From Squalus acanthias (lineage: Eukaryota): DNA of 64,000 nt. This document shows positions 11,472 to 24,165 of this stretch, piece after piece. The stretch covers positions 148,802,001 to 148,866,000 of the forward strand of contig CM059431.1 in NCBI GenBank assembly GCA_030390025.1, in the 5' to 3' direction. Position numbers and translations under genes: made by a program. The notes under the pieces were generated by a model. It was not told the origin of the DNA. It was given only the letters and a program-made list of their open reading frames with translations, and searched no databases. The first letter of the stretch is position 1. Each line of letters opens with the position of its first letter.

Positions 11472-14400
11472 AGAAAGGAGTCGGCAGCACAAGTGAAGGC
11501 AGAGGATAAAGAGCACGGGAGGCCGAGGACAGCGGACCTGAAAGGAGTCGGCAGCCCCGGAGAAAGCAGAGGATAAGTCAGAGCAGCTGAATGCAGTTCA
11601 GTAGGGAAAGTAGACCTATTAAAACACGCATCGCAGTGCGATCTGCACAGAGTGCTGAGAGTTGGTTGAGTGAGGGAGTTAGGTGGTTGAGGAGTGGAAG
11701 GAGGAGCTCCCTTGCTTCGCCTTTGCTTTCCCTAACTTTACACTCTGCAGGATTTGGTACTTACATTACACCCAGGAAAGAGTCTAAGAGCGGGAGCAGT
11801 CAAACAACAACTGCGAAACCGCTAAATTGTCGTCACAGCCAGTGAAGGAGAAGATTGGTAAGTAGGACCTGGTCAGTATTTCTACAGTCCAGTCGTTAAA
11901 GCAAAAGTAAGGTCTCTAGTTTAGAGTGAGTAGTGTTTAAAGTGAAGGACGGTCCCTAGTGTATTTAATTTAATTTAATTTAGAGGAAGTAAAAATAGTA
12001 AATTGAGGGTAGGACATGGTAGGGCAGCTCGGCAGCGTTGAGTGCTCCTCCTGTGCTATGTGGGAAGTCAGGGACACTCTCGATGTTCAAGGCGACAACA
12101 CGTGTGCAGGAAGTGTCTCCAGCTGCAGCTACTCGAAAGCCGCGTTTCGGAGATGGAGCTGCGGCTGGATTCACTTTGGATCATCCGCGAGGCTGAGATC
12201 TTCGTGGATACCACATTTAACCAGGTGGTCACACGGCAGGTAAAGAGTGCACAGGCAGAAAGGGAATGGTTGACCTACAGACAGAGTGAAAGAATTAGGA
12301 ATGTAGAGCAGGAGTCCCCTGTCTCCAATTCCCTCTCCAGCAGATATTCCGTTTTGGACACTGCTGGGGGAAATCGAGTCTCAGGGGAATGCAGCAAGTG
12401 CCATGTCCTTGGCACTACGAGTGACTCAGCTGCACAGGAGGGGAGTAAAAAGAGTGGGAGAGCAATAGTGATAGGGGAATCTATCGTAAGGTGAACAGGT
12501 AAACTTTTCTGTGGCCGCAGATGTGACTCCAGCATCGTTTGTTGCCTCCTTGGTGCCAGGGTCAAGGATGTCACTGAGCGGCTGCAGGACAATCTGAATG
12601 GGGTGGGTGAACAGCCAGAGGTCGGGGTCCATATCGGTACCAACGACATATGTAGAAAGAGGGACGAGATCCTGCAAGCAGAATCTAGGGAGCTGGAAAA
12701 TACATTAAAAAGCAGGACCTCAGAGGTAGTAATCTCAGAATTACTCACAGAGCCAAATGCTATTGAGAGCAGAAACAGGAGAAAAGACCAGGTGAATGCA
12801 TGGCTGGAGACATGTAGTTGGAGGGAGCGATTTAAGTTCCTGAGGCATTGGGATCGACTCTGCGGAAGGTGGGACCTGTACAAGCTGGACTGATTGCACC
12901 TCCGCAGAACCGGGACCAATATCATCGCACGGGGTTTTGCTAGTGCTGTTGGGAAGGATTGAAACTAGTTTGTAAGGGGGCTAGGAACCTTAGTGTGGGC
13001 CCAGAACAGAGAGAAACAAAGCTGGAAGTGCAAGTTAGAAAAGTAGTCAGCAAAACTAGCAGCGAGCAGAAACAAAGGCCAACAGTAAAGAAGGTCAAAT
13101 TGCAGAAAAATATTAAACAGGCAAAGCACTTTATCTAAATGCACGTAGCATTCGCAAAAATTTGGATGACTTAATGGCGCTAATAGAAATAAATGGATAT
13201 GATGCAATTGCCATTACAGAGACATGTTTGCAGGATAACCAAAGCTAGGAACTGAATGTTACAGGGTACTCAACATTTAGGAAGGACAGACAAAAAAGAA
13301 AAGGAGGTGGCGTAGCGCTGTTAATCAGGAATGAGATCGGTACATTAGAGATAAAAGATCTTGGCTCAGCCGATCATGATGTAGAACTGGAATCAGTTTG
13401 GGCGCAGCTAAGAATCAGCAAAGGGCAGAAAGCATTGGTAGGAGTTGTGTATCAACCACCAAACAGTAATGGTAATGTACGGCACAGTATCATTCAAGAG
13501 ATTAGAAGTGCATGTAACAAGGGCAATGCGGTAATCATGGGGGCCTTTAATTCACATATTGACTGGGCAAATCAAATTACGACTAATGGTATGGAGGACG
13601 AATTCTTGGAATGCATGCGAGATGGTTGCCTGGATCAGTATGTGGAGGAACCAAAAAGGGAACAGGCTATTCTGGATCTGGTACTGTGTAATGAGAAAGG
13701 GCTAATCAATAATCTTGTGGTAAAGGGCCTTTAGGGACAAGTCAACATAATATAATTGAATTTTATATCAAGTTTGAGTTTGATGTAGTCCAATCTGAAA
13801 CTAAGGTCTTCCATCTAAACAGAGGAAACTACAAGGATATGAGGGACACATTGGCCATGTTAGATTGGGAGACTACACTAAAAGGTATGTAGGTGGACAT
13901 ACAATGGCTAACATTCAAGGAAATAATGCATAATTTGCAACAAACATATATTCCTCTAGGGCATAAAAATCCAAAAGGAAAATTGATCCAAAGATGGCTA
14001 ACAAAAGAAATTAAAGCTAGTATTAAGCCAAAGGAGGAAGCTTATAAAGTTGCCAGAAAAAGCATTCAGCCTGAGGATTGGGATCTTTTTAGAAATCAGT
14101 TAAGGGGGACCAATAAATTGATAGAGGAAGAACAATAAATTGATAGAGGAAGGGAAAATGGAAGATGAGCACAAACTGGCGAAAAATATAATTCGGATCG
14201 TAAAACCTTCCATAGGTATGTTAAAAGGAAAAGACTGGCGAAGGTAAATGTAATTCCTTTACAGTCAGAGACGGGAGGATTTAGAATGGGGAATGAGGAA
14301 ATGGCTGTGAAATTAAATAACTTCTTTGTTTCTGTCTTCACGGAGGAAGACACAAAACACCTCCCAGAAATACGAGTAAACCAAGGGTGTGGCGAGAATG

Positions 14401-16057
14401 AGGAACTTAAAGACATTATTATTAGTAAAAAAACAGGACTAGCAAAACTAATGGGACTAAAAGTCCATAAATCTCAAGGACCGGATAACGTACATCCTAG
14501 GGTTTTGAAAGAGTCAGGCATTGGGATAGTGTACGCATTTGTTGTCATCTTCCAAAATTTTATAGATTCTTTAACGGGTCCTGCAGATTGGAGGATAACA
14601 AATGTAAACTCGCTATTTAAGAAAGGAGGGAGAGAGAAAACGGGGAACTACAGACATGTAAGCCTCACATAAGTAGTTGGGAAAATGCTATAATCTACTA
14701 GAAATGATGCAGTAACTGGGCACTTAGAAACTAAAAGTAAGATTAGGCAGAGTCAACATGGATTTATGAAAGGGAAGTCCTGTTTGACAAAGCTATTGGA
14801 GTTCTTTGAGTATAAAAATAGTGGAGTAGACAAAGGGGAACCGGTAGATGTGGTGTATTTGGATTTTCACAAGGCCTTTGATAAGGTGCCACACAAGAGG
14901 TTGGTGAACAAAATTAGGACACATGGAATTGGGGGTAATATACTAGCATGGATTGAGTATTGGTTAACAGACAGAAAACAAAGTGTCCGGATAAACTGGT
15001 CTTTTTCAGGATGGCAGGCTGTGACAAGAGGGGTACTGCGGATCGGTGCTTGGGCTCCTGCTATTCACAATCTATGGCAATGATTTTGATTAGGGGAGTA
15101 AATGTAAAATTTCCAAATCTGCTGATGATACAAATCTAGGTGGAAGTGTCATTTGCGAAGAGGATGTGAAGAGGCTTCAAGTGGATCTCGACAGGCTCAG
15201 TGAGTGCGCAAGAACATGGCAGATGGATTATAATGTAGATAAATGGAAAGTTATCCATTTTGGAAAAAAAAAATGGCAGCGTATTTCCTAAATGGTGAAT
15301 AATTGGGGAATGCAGATGCTCAAAGAGACCTGGGAGTCATTGTACATTATCATTGAAATTGAATGTGCAGGTGCAGCAAGCCATTCGGAAGGCAAATGGT
15401 ATGCTGGCCTTCATTACAAGTGGATTTCAGTAGAGTAGTAAAGATGATTTACTCCAATTATATAGGGCCTTGGTGAGAACACACCTGGAGTACTGTATAC
15501 AATTTTGGTCCCCTTACCTGTGGAAGGATACACTTGCCATCGAGGGAGTGCAACGGAAGTTCACGAGATTGATTCCTGGAATGGTGGGACTGTCGTATGA
15601 GAAGAGATTGACTAAACTAGGCCTATATTCTCATTAATTATGAAGAATGAGAGGGGATCTCATTGAAGCATACAAAATCATTACTGGGCTTGATAGGGTG
15701 GATGCTGGGAGAATGATTCCCTTGGCAGCGGGGTCCAGAACCAGGGAGCACAGCCTCAGGATAAAGTGCTGGCCATTGAGAACTGAGATGAGAAGTAATG
15801 TCTTCACACAGAGGGTGGTGAATCTTTGTAATTCTCTACCCCAGACGGCTGTGGAGGCTCAGTCATTGGGTATATTCAAAACAGAATTCGATAGATTTCT
15901 GACTACTAAGGGCATCCAGGGATATGGCGATAGGGCCGGTGAATGGAATTGAGGCAGAAGATCAGCCATGATCTCATTGAATGGCGGAGCAGGGTCGAAG
16001 GGCCGTATGGCCTACTCCTGCTCCTATTTCTTATGTTCTCATATCCTTATGTTCTTA
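11472..16057 (+). mobile_element. Near full-length degenerate CR1 LINE
   Basis: ORF1 remnants (CSSC, HVCRKC, leucine zipper, IGESIVR, HIGTND esterase) at ~12016-12965; APE-RT remnants at ~13130-15952 with many stops; (TTCTTATG) tail. Confidence 0.92.
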
Positions 16058-16339
16058 TAAAAAGCCTGTGTAACTGGTTCTGTTTCTAAAAAAAAATCCT
16101 GTGTGACTGCTACTGTCTCCTTAAAAGCCTGTGTGACTGGTCCTGTCTCTTTAAAAAGTCTGTGTAACTAATCCTGCCTCTTTAAAAAGCCTGTATGTCT
16201 GGTCATGTTTCTTGAAAAAACCTTTGTGACTGTTCCTGTCACTTTAAAAATTCTGAGCGACTGGTCCTGTCTCTTTAAAAAGCCAGTGTGACTGATTGTG
16301 TTTCTTTAAAAAATCTGTGTGACTGGTCCTGTGTCTTTA

Positions 16340-17402
16340 TAAAGTATAGTGAACAGTGAGTATGGTAGTGATAGATTTCAAGAGGAAATAGACAGGCTGG
16401 TGGAATGGGCAGACACGTGGCAGGTGAAATTAACGCAGAAAAATGTGAAGTGATACATCTTGCTAGAAAGAATGAGGAGATGAAATATAAACTAAAGGGT
16501 ACAATCCAAAAGGTTTGCATGAATAGAGAGACCTACGGGGTATATGTGCACAAATCTTTGGAGGTGGCAGGGCTTTTTAAGAAAGCAGTTGAAGGAGCTT
16601 ACTAGTTTCTGTGCTTCATGAATAGAGGTATAGAGTGCAAAAGCCAGGAAATTATGAAAATTCTTTATTAAACAATGGTTTGGCCTCAACTGGATTATTG
16701 AGTCCAATTCTTGGCACCGCACTTCAGGAAGGATGTGAAGACCTTGCAGAGAGTGCAGAAAAGATTTACGAGAATGATGACAATGGAAATCCAAGATGTG
16801 CGGGTTAGGTTGAATTGGCTATGATAAATTGACCTTTAGTTTTAGGGGGATTAAATACGTGGGGTTCCGGGGATAGTTTGGGATGTGTGTCGGTGCAGGC
16901 TCGATGGGCCGAAATGGTCTCTATCTGCACTGTGGGGATTCTGTGATTCAGTGATTCTGTGAAAAGGGACTTCAGAAACGTAGATAGACTGGAGAAGCTG
17001 TTCTCCTGAGAACTGAGAAGATTGAGAGGAGATTTGATAGAGGTGTTACAAATCATGAGAGTGCTGGATAGAATAGATAGAGAGAAACTGTTCCCATTGG
17101 CAGATTGGTCGAGAACCAGAGGACACAGATTTAAGGTGATTGGCAAAAGAACCAAAGGCGACAGAAGAAACAAACTTTTGATACAGCGAGTGATTATGAT
17201 CTCGACTGTACTGCCTGAAGTGGTGGTGGAGGCAGGCTCAATCATGGCTTTCAAAAGGGAGTTAAGAAAGTACCTGAAAATAAAACAATGCAGGGCGCAA
17301 CAGCGTGGGAGTGGGACTCGATGAGGTGCTCTTGCAGAGAGCCGACGTGTATTCGATGGGCCGAATGGTCTTCTTCCGTGCTGCAGATATTCCATGATTC
17401 TA
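16340..17402 (+). mobile_element. CR1 3' fragments
   Basis: EKCEVIHL and RGDLIEV...RTRGHRFK; ATTCT(A/G)TG tails at ~16940 and ~17395. Confidence 0.8.
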
Positions 17403-18344
17403 TTAAAGCCTGTGTGACTGGTTCTTTCTCTTTAAAAACCATGTGTGACTGGTCCTTCCTCTTAAAAAAGCCTGTGTGACAGCTCCTGCCTCTTTAAAAA
17501 GCATGTGTGACAGATCCTGTCTGTTTAAAAGCCTATGTGACAGGTCCTGTCTCTTTAAAAAGCCTGTGTGACAGGCCATGTCTCTTTAAAAAGCCTGTGT
17601 GAGTGGTCCTGTCTCTTTAAAAAGCCTGTGGGACAGGTCCTGTCTATTTACAAAGCCTGTGGGTCTGGTATTGTCTCTTTCAAAAGCCTGTGTGACTGGT
17701 CCTGACTCTTTAAAAAGCCTGTGTGACTGGTCCTGTCTCTGTAAAAAGCGTGTATGACTGGTCCTGTCTCTTTAAAAAGCCTGTGTGACTGGTCCTGCCT
17801 CTTTAAAAAGCATGTGTGACTGTTCCTGTCTCTTTAGAAAGCCTGTGTGACTGGTCCTGTCTCTTTAAAAAGCCTGTGTGACTGGTCTTATCTCTACAAA
17901 AAGCCTGTGTAACTGGTCCTGTCTCTTTAGAAAGCCTGTGTGACTGGTCCTGTCTCTGTAAAAAGCGTGTATGACTGGTCCTGTCTCTTTAAAAAGCCTG
18001 TGTGACTGGTCCTGCCTCTTTAAAAAGCATGTGTGACTGTTCCTGTCTCTTTAGAAAGCATGTGTGACTGGCCCTGTCTATTTAAAAAGCCTATGTGACT
18101 GGTCTTATAAGAACATAAGAACATAAGAAATAGGAGCAGGAGTAGGCCAATCGGCCCCTCGAGCCTGCTCCGCCATTCAATAAGATCATGGCTGATCTGA
18201 TCCTAACCGCCAATCTACTATCTATCACAGAACCATCTCCTGCATCTAACAGAATTGCTCACACGAAATAGGAGCTGAATCAGGCTACACGGTCCCTGGG
18301 CCCGCTCCACTACCCACAGGGCCATGACCGATCCGAACCTAGAC

Positions 18345-21296
18345 TCATGTCCAAATTCCTGCCCGCTCCCCGTACCCCTTAATGCCCTTTACTTCTCGGA
18401 AACTGTCTATTTCTGTTTTAAATTTATTTAATGATGTAGCTTCTACAGCTTTTTGTGGCAGCATATTCCATGGACCTACCACCCTCTGAGTGAAGTAGTT
18501 CCTCCTCATCTCAGTTTTGAAAGAGCAGCCCCTTATTCTAAGACTATGTCCCCTAGTTCTAGTCTCACCCGTCATCGGGAACATCCTCCCCGCATCCACC
18601 CGATCCAACCCCTTCACAATCTTATATGTTTCAATAAGATCGCCTCTCATTCTTCTGAACTCCAATGAGTAGAGTCCCAATCTACCCAACCTCTCCTCAT
18701 ATGACCACCCCCTCATCCCCGGGATTAACCGAGTGAACCTTTTTTGCACTGCCTCGAGAGCAAGGATGTCTTTCCTTAAGTAAGGACACCAAAACTGTAT
18801 GCAGTATTCCAGGTGCGGTCTCACCAATACCTTGTACAACTGAAGCAATACCTCCCTATTTTTATATTCTATCCCCCTAGCAATGAAAGCCAACATTCCA
18901 TTTGCCTTCTTAATCACTTGGTGCACCTGCATACTAACCTTTTGAGTTTCGTGCACCAGGACCCCCAGATCCCTTTGCACTTCAGTACTCTCCAGTTTCT
19001 TGCCATTAAGATAATAAAGTGCTCTAGGATTTTTCCTGCCAAAGTGCATCACCTCACACTTTCCAGTGTTGTATTCCATCTGCCAAATCTCTGCCCAATT
19101 ACTTAGCCTGTCTATGTCCCCTTGCAGGTTTTTTATGTCCTCCTCACTCACTACTTTCCCTCCCATCTTTGTATCATCTGCAAATTTTGATATGTTACAC
19201 TTGGTCCCTTCCTCCAAATCGTTAATATAGATTGTAAAGAGTTGGGGAACCAGCACTGACCCCTGTGGAACACCACTAGTTACTGATTGCCAGTCTGAGA
19301 ATGAACCATTTATCCCAACTCTTTGCTTTCTGTTAGATAGCCAATCCTCTATCCATGCCAGAATATTACCCCCAATCCCGTGATTTTTTACCTTAAGCAA
19401 TAATCTTTTGTGTGGCACCTTGTCAAATGCCTTTTGGAAGTCTAAATACACTACGTCCACTGGTTCCCCTTTATCCACTCTATATGTTACTTCCTCAAAG
19501 AACTCCAGCAAATTTGTCAAACATGACTTCCCCTTCGTAAAACCATGCTGACTTTGTCCTATTAAATTATGATTATCCAAATGTCCTGTTACTGTTTCCT
19601 TAATAATGGACTCCAAAATTTTACCTACCACAGATGTTAGGCTAACCGGTCTATAGTTACCAGCCTTCTGTCTACTGCCCTTTTTAAATAAGGGTGTTAC
19701 ATTAGCAGTTTTCCAGTCTGCCGGGACCTTAGCGGAATCCAGGGAGTTTTGAAAAATTATTACCAATGCATCTACAATCCCTACCGCCACTTCCTTCAAG
19801 ACTCTAGGATGTAAGCCATCAGGTCCAGGTGATTTATCCGCCTTGAGTCCCATTATTTTTCCGAGTACCACTTCCTTAGTGATTTTGATCGTGTTTAGCT
19901 CCTCTCCCCCTATAGCCCACTGTTTGTCCAGTGTTGGGATATTCCTTGTATCCTCTACTGTAAAGACTGATACAAAATATTCATTCAGTGTTTTTGCCAT
20001 CTCCATATTTCCCACCATTAATTTCCCGGTCTCATCCTCTAAGGGACCAACATTTACTTTAGCCACCCTTTTTCTTTTTATATAACTATAAAAACTCTTA
20101 CTATCTGTTTTTATATTTTTTGCTAATTTACTTTCATAATCTATCTTCCCTTTCTTAATCAATCTTTTTGTTATTTTTTGCTGCCTTTTAAAGTTTTCCC
20201 AATCCTCTGTCCTCCCACTAGATTTCGCTACCTTATATGCCCTTGTTTTTAGTCGAATACTATCCTTAATTTCTTTACTTAGCCACGGATGACTGTCCTT
20301 TCTTTTACACCCTTTTCTTTTCAGTGGAATATATATTTTTTGGAAGTTGTAAAATAACTCCTTGAATGTACACCACTGATCATGTGTCGTCTTACCATTT
20401 AATCTATTTTCCCAATCCACTCTACTCAATTCCGCTCGCATACCTTCATAGTCTCCTTTATTCAAGCTTAGCGCGCTTGTTTGAGATCCAACCTTCTCAC
20501 CCTCGAATTGAATATGGAGTTCAACCATGTTATGGTCACTCATTCCAAGGGGATCCTTTACTAGGACATTTTTAATTAATCCTGTCTCGTTACACAGGAC
20601 CAGATCTAAGGTTGCTTGCCCCCTGGTCGGTTCAGTTACATACTGCTCAAGAAACCCATCCCTAATACACTCAATGAACTCATCCTCAAGGCAGCCCTGC
20701 CCCATTTGATTTGTCCAATGAATATGATAGTTAAAATCCCCCATAATTATAGATGTTCCCTTATTACATGCCTCAACTATTTCCTGATTGATACTCCGTC
20801 CAACAGAGTTGCAACTGTTCGGAGGCCTATAGACTACGCCCACTAGTATTTTTTTCCCCTTATTATTCCTTATCTCCACCCAAACTGTTTCATTATCATG
20901 ATTTTTTGACCCAATATCATTACTCTGTATTACAGTGATTCCTTCCTTTATTAACATAGCCACCCCACCTCCCCTTCCTTCCTGCCTGTCCTTCCTGATC
21001 GTTAAATAACCTGGTATGTTTAATTCCCAGGCATTGTCACCCTGCAGCCATGTTTCTGTAATGGCCACAATATCATAACCATATGTAGTTATTTGTGCCA
21101 TTAACTCGTCTATTTTGTTACGAATGCTACGTGCATTCAGATAGAGAACTTTCAAATATGCTTTGTGGCACTTAGTTCCTGCTTTTTCACTTTTTACCAC
21201 TTTACCTTTTACTCCACACACTCTGTCCCTTCCTGCCACGCTCTGATTTGTGATTCCCCTACTGCTACCTATGTCTATGACCCTCTCTGATGTCAT
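18345..21296 (-). CDS. LINE ORF2: AP endonuclease plus reverse transcriptase (983 aa, uninterrupted)
   Basis: ATG at 21296; YLNARS, ITETW, MGDFN, SDHN (APE); QHGF, YLDFQKAFD, GVPQGSVL, KFADD (RT). Confidence 0.97.
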   Translation of the reverse strand: MTSERVIDIGSSRGITNQSVAGRDRVCGVKGKVVKSEKAGTKCHKAYLKVLYLNARSIRNKIDELMAQITTYGYDIVAITETWLQGDNAWELNIPGYLTIRKDRQEGRGGGVAMLIKEGITVIQSNDIGSKNHDNETVWVEIRNNKGKKILVGVVYRPPNSCNSVGRSINQEIVEACNKGTSIIMGDFNYHIHWTNQMGQGCLEDEFIECIRDGFLEQYVTEPTRGQATLDLVLCNETGLIKNVLVKDPLGMSDHNMVELHIQFEGEKVGSQTSALSLNKGDYEGMRAELSRVDWENRLNGKTTHDQWCTFKELFYNFQKIYIPLKRKGCKRKDSHPWLSKEIKDSIRLKTRAYKVAKSSGRTEDWENFKRQQKITKRLIKKGKIDYESKLAKNIKTDSKSFYSYIKRKRVAKVNVGPLEDETGKLMVGNMEMAKTLNEYFVSVFTVEDTRNIPTLDKQWAIGGEELNTIKITKEVVLGKIMGLKADKSPGPDGLHPRVLKEVAVGIVDALVIIFQNSLDSAKVPADWKTANVTPLFKKGSRQKAGNYRPVSLTSVVGKILESIIKETVTGHLDNHNLIGQSQHGFTKGKSCLTNLLEFFEEVTYRVDKGEPVDVVYLDFQKAFDKVPHKRLLLKVKNHGIGGNILAWIEDWLSNRKQRVGINGSFSDWQSVTSGVPQGSVLVPQLFTIYINDLEEGTKCNISKFADDTKMGGKVVSEEDIKNLQGDIDRLSNWAEIWQMEYNTGKCEVMHFGRKNPRALYYLNGKKLESTEVQRDLGVLVHETQKVSMQVHQVIKKANGMLAFIARGIEYKNREVLLQLYKVLVRPHLEYCIQFWCPYLRKDILALEAVQKRFTRLIPGMRGWSYEERLGRLGLYSLEFRRMRGDLIETYKIVKGLDRVDAGRMFPMTGETRTRGHSLRIRGCSFKTEMRRNYFTQRVVGPWNMLPQKAVEATSLNKFKTEIDSFREVKGIKGYGERAGIWT

Positions 21297-21334
21297 TTTT
21301 ATTTTTGCTCTCTTGAAACCTCACCCCCCACTAA

Positions 21335-22033
21335 TTAGTTTAAAGCCCTCTCCACAGCCCTAGTTATTCGATTCGCCAGGACATTAGTCCCAGCACTGGC
21401 CAAGTGAAGTCCGTCCCAACGGAACAGCTCTCTCCTGCCCCAGTACTGGTGCCAGTGTCCCAAGAAGCAAAACCCATTTTTCCCACACCAGTCTTTGAGC
21501 CACGCATTCAACTCCCTGATTTTATTTACCCCAGCCAAATTTGCTCGTGGCTCAGGTAGTAATCCAGAGATTATTACCCTCGAGTTTCTGCTTTTTAATT
21601 TGGCCCCTAGCTGCTCAAACTCCCTCAGCAGAACCTCTTTCCTTGTCCTATCTATGTCATTGGTACCAACATGGACCACGACAACTGGATCCTCCCCCTC
21701 CCACTCCAAGTTTCTCTCCAGCCCAGAGGAGATGTCCTTAACCCTGGCACCGGGTAGGCAACACAGCCTTCGGGACTCTCGCTCTTGGCTGCAAAGAACC
21801 CTATCTATCCCCCTAATGATACTATCCCCTACCACTACAACATTTCTTTTTACTCCCCCCACTTGAATGGCCCCCCTTACCACGGTGCTGTGGCCAGGTT
21901 GCTCATCCTCCCTGCAGTCCCCGCTCCTATCCACACAGGGAGTAAGAGCCTCGAACCTGTTGGACAAGAGCAAGGGCTGCGGCTCCTCCAACACTACCTC
22001 CTGGATCCCTGTACCTGCCTCACTCGTAGTCAC
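21335..22033 (-). CDS. LINE ORF1 C-terminal SGNH esterase domain (N-terminus lost to truncation)
   Basis: VGDSIIRG, HVGTND, DGLH motifs; lacks the Cys/zipper N-terminus seen in the copies at ~12016 and ~46790. Confidence 0.88.
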   Translation of the reverse strand: MTTSEAGTGIQEVVLEEPQPLLLSNRFEALTPCVDRSGDCREDEQPGHSTVVRGAIQVGGVKRNVVVVGDSIIRGIDRVLCSQERESRRLCCLPGARVKDISSGLERNLEWEGEDPVVVVHVGTNDIDRTRKEVLLREFEQLGAKLKSRNSRVIISGLLPEPRANLAGVNKIRELNAWLKDWCGKNGFCFLGHWHQYWGRRELFRWDGLHLASAGTNVLANRITRAVERALN

Positions 22034-22734
22034 ACCTTCCTGTCCCTGTGTAACTGGTCCTGTCTCTTTAGAAAGCCTGTGTGACTGGTCCTTTCTCTTT
22101 AAAGAGGCTGTTGGAGTGGTCCTGTCTCTTTCGAAAGCCTGTGTGACTGGTCCTGTCTCTTGAATAAGCCTGTGGGACAGGTCCTGTCTCTTTCAAAAGC
22201 CGGTGTGACTGGCTCTGTCTCTAATAAAAGCCTGTGTAACTGGTCCTGTCTCTTTCAACAGCATGTGGGACAGGTCCTGTCTGTTTAAAAAGCCTGTGGG
22301 ACTGGTATTGTCTCTTTCAAAAGCCTTTGTGACTGGTTCTGTCTCTTTTAAAAGCCTGTGTGACTGATCCTGTCTCTTTACAAAGCCTGTGTGATGTGTT
22401 ATGTCTCTTTAAAAAGCCTATCTGACTAGTCTTGTCTCTTTGGAAAAGCTGTTTTACTGGTTGTCTCTTTAAAAAGCCATTATGAATGTTTCTGTGCACT
22501 GGCTGTGGCTCCTCCCTCTTGTTTACATGTTCATTGAAAGTTACGAAGGGCCGGTATGGATTTTTTAGTTAAACATGGACCCAGGGGTATTGATACTGCA
22601 GGAACACAGAAGTGGCTTCAAAGAAAATACGGAGACACCTTTGCTGGAAAATTAGTGTTAAGTATTGAAGACCTAGGTCTAGAAATCCGTCTTCGACTGT
22701 GGTGGAACTGAATAACAGGCGCGGCGTGTAACGC

Positions 22735-24165
22735 AGGTAACAAATGTAACTCCACTATTTAAGAAAGGAATGAGAGAGAAAATGGGGAACTACTGACCAG
22801 TTAGCCCGACATCAGTTGTAGGGAAAATGCTTGAATCTATTATTAAGGATGTCATAACAGGGCACTTAGATCATTAATATAGAATTGGGCAAAGTCAGCA
22901 CGGATTTATAAAAGGGAAATTGCGTTTGACTAATCTTGAGGTTGTAACTAGCCGTATAAATAAGGAGAGCATGGATGTGGTGTATTTGGATTTTCAGAAG
23001 GAATTTGATAAATTGCCACATAAGAAGTTATTAAACAAAATTAGGGCTCATTGGTTTGGGGATAATGTACTAGCATTGATTGAGGATTGGTTAACGGACA
23101 GAAAACAAAGAGCAGGAATAAACGGGACATTTTCGGATTGGCAGGCTGCAAGTAGTGGGGTACCGCACGGATCAGTGCTTGAGCCTCAGCTATTCACAAT
23201 CTACATCAATGATTTGGATGATGGGACCAAATGTAATATATCCAAGTTTGCTGATGATTCAAAGCTGGGTGGAAATGTAAGTTGTGAGGATGATGCAAGG
23301 AGGATTCAAGGTAATATAGACAGGCTAATCAGTGGGCAAGAACATGTCAAATGGAATATAACGTGGAGAAATGTGATTTTATCCACTTTGGTAGGAAAAA
23401 TAGAAACGCAGTGTATTTTTTAAATGCTGAGAGAGTGGGAAATGTTGGTACCTGGCTGTCCTTGTACACGAATCAATGAAATTTAACATGCAAGTGCAGC
23501 AAGCAATTAGGAAAGCAAATGGTATGTTGGCCTTTATTACAAGAGGATACGGGTATAAGAGTAAAAACGTATTACTGCAATTATACAGAGCCCTGGTGAG
23601 ACCATACCTGGATATTGTGAACAGATTTGGTCTCCTTAACTAAGGAAGGATATACTTGCCATCGATGGAGTGCAACGAAGGTTCACCAGACGGGTTCCTG
23701 GGATGGGGTTATTGACCTATGAGGAGCGATTGAGTAGACTAGGACTATATTCTCTAGAGCTCAGAAGAATGAGAGGTGATCTCTTTGAAACATACAAAAT
23801 TCTTACAGGACTTGACAGGGTAGATGAAGGGAGGATGTTTCTCCTGTCATGGGAGCCTAGAACCAGGGGTCACAGTCTCAGAATAAGGGGTAAGCCAATT
23901 AGGACTGAGATGAGGAGACATTTATTCACTCAGAGGGTGGTGAATCTTTGGAATTCTCTACCCCTGAGGGTGGTGGAGGCTCAGTCGTTGAGTATGTTCA
24001 AGACAGAGATGGATAGAATTTTGTATATTAAGGGAATCAAGGGAGATGGGGACAGTGCAGGAAAGTGGAGATGAGGTAAAATATCAGCCATGATCTGACT
24101 GAATGGCTGAGCAGGCTCGATGGGTCAAATGGTCTACTCCTGATTCTATTTCTTATGTTCTTATG
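22735..24165 (+). mobile_element. CR1 RT/3' fragment inserted into a short inverted-repeat element
   Basis: RT motifs and TTCTTATG tail; flanks GGTCTAGAAATCCGTCT (~22677) and AGACGAATTTCTCGGCCC (~24215) are roughly inverted. Confidence 0.85.

Larger units (their letters stand above)
18107..22045 (-). mobile_element. Young CR1-clade LINE, 5'-truncated within ORF1, ORF2 intact
   Basis: Two open ORFs, 3' UTR and (TTCTTATG)n tail at 18107-18130; flanked on both sides by the 30-bp satellite. Confidence 0.95.
11280..22480. repeat. 30-bp satellite (AAAAGCCTGTGTGACTGGTCCTGTCTCTTT)n in four blocks: ~11280-11470, ~16060-16335, ~17405-18105, ~22045-22480
   Basis: Direct reading of units; blocks separated by LINE insertions. 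Confidence 0.95.

Noticed and set aside
17405..18105. Regular 30-bp repeats resembling a CRISPR array
   Set aside because: No unique spacers, no cas genes, vertebrate context
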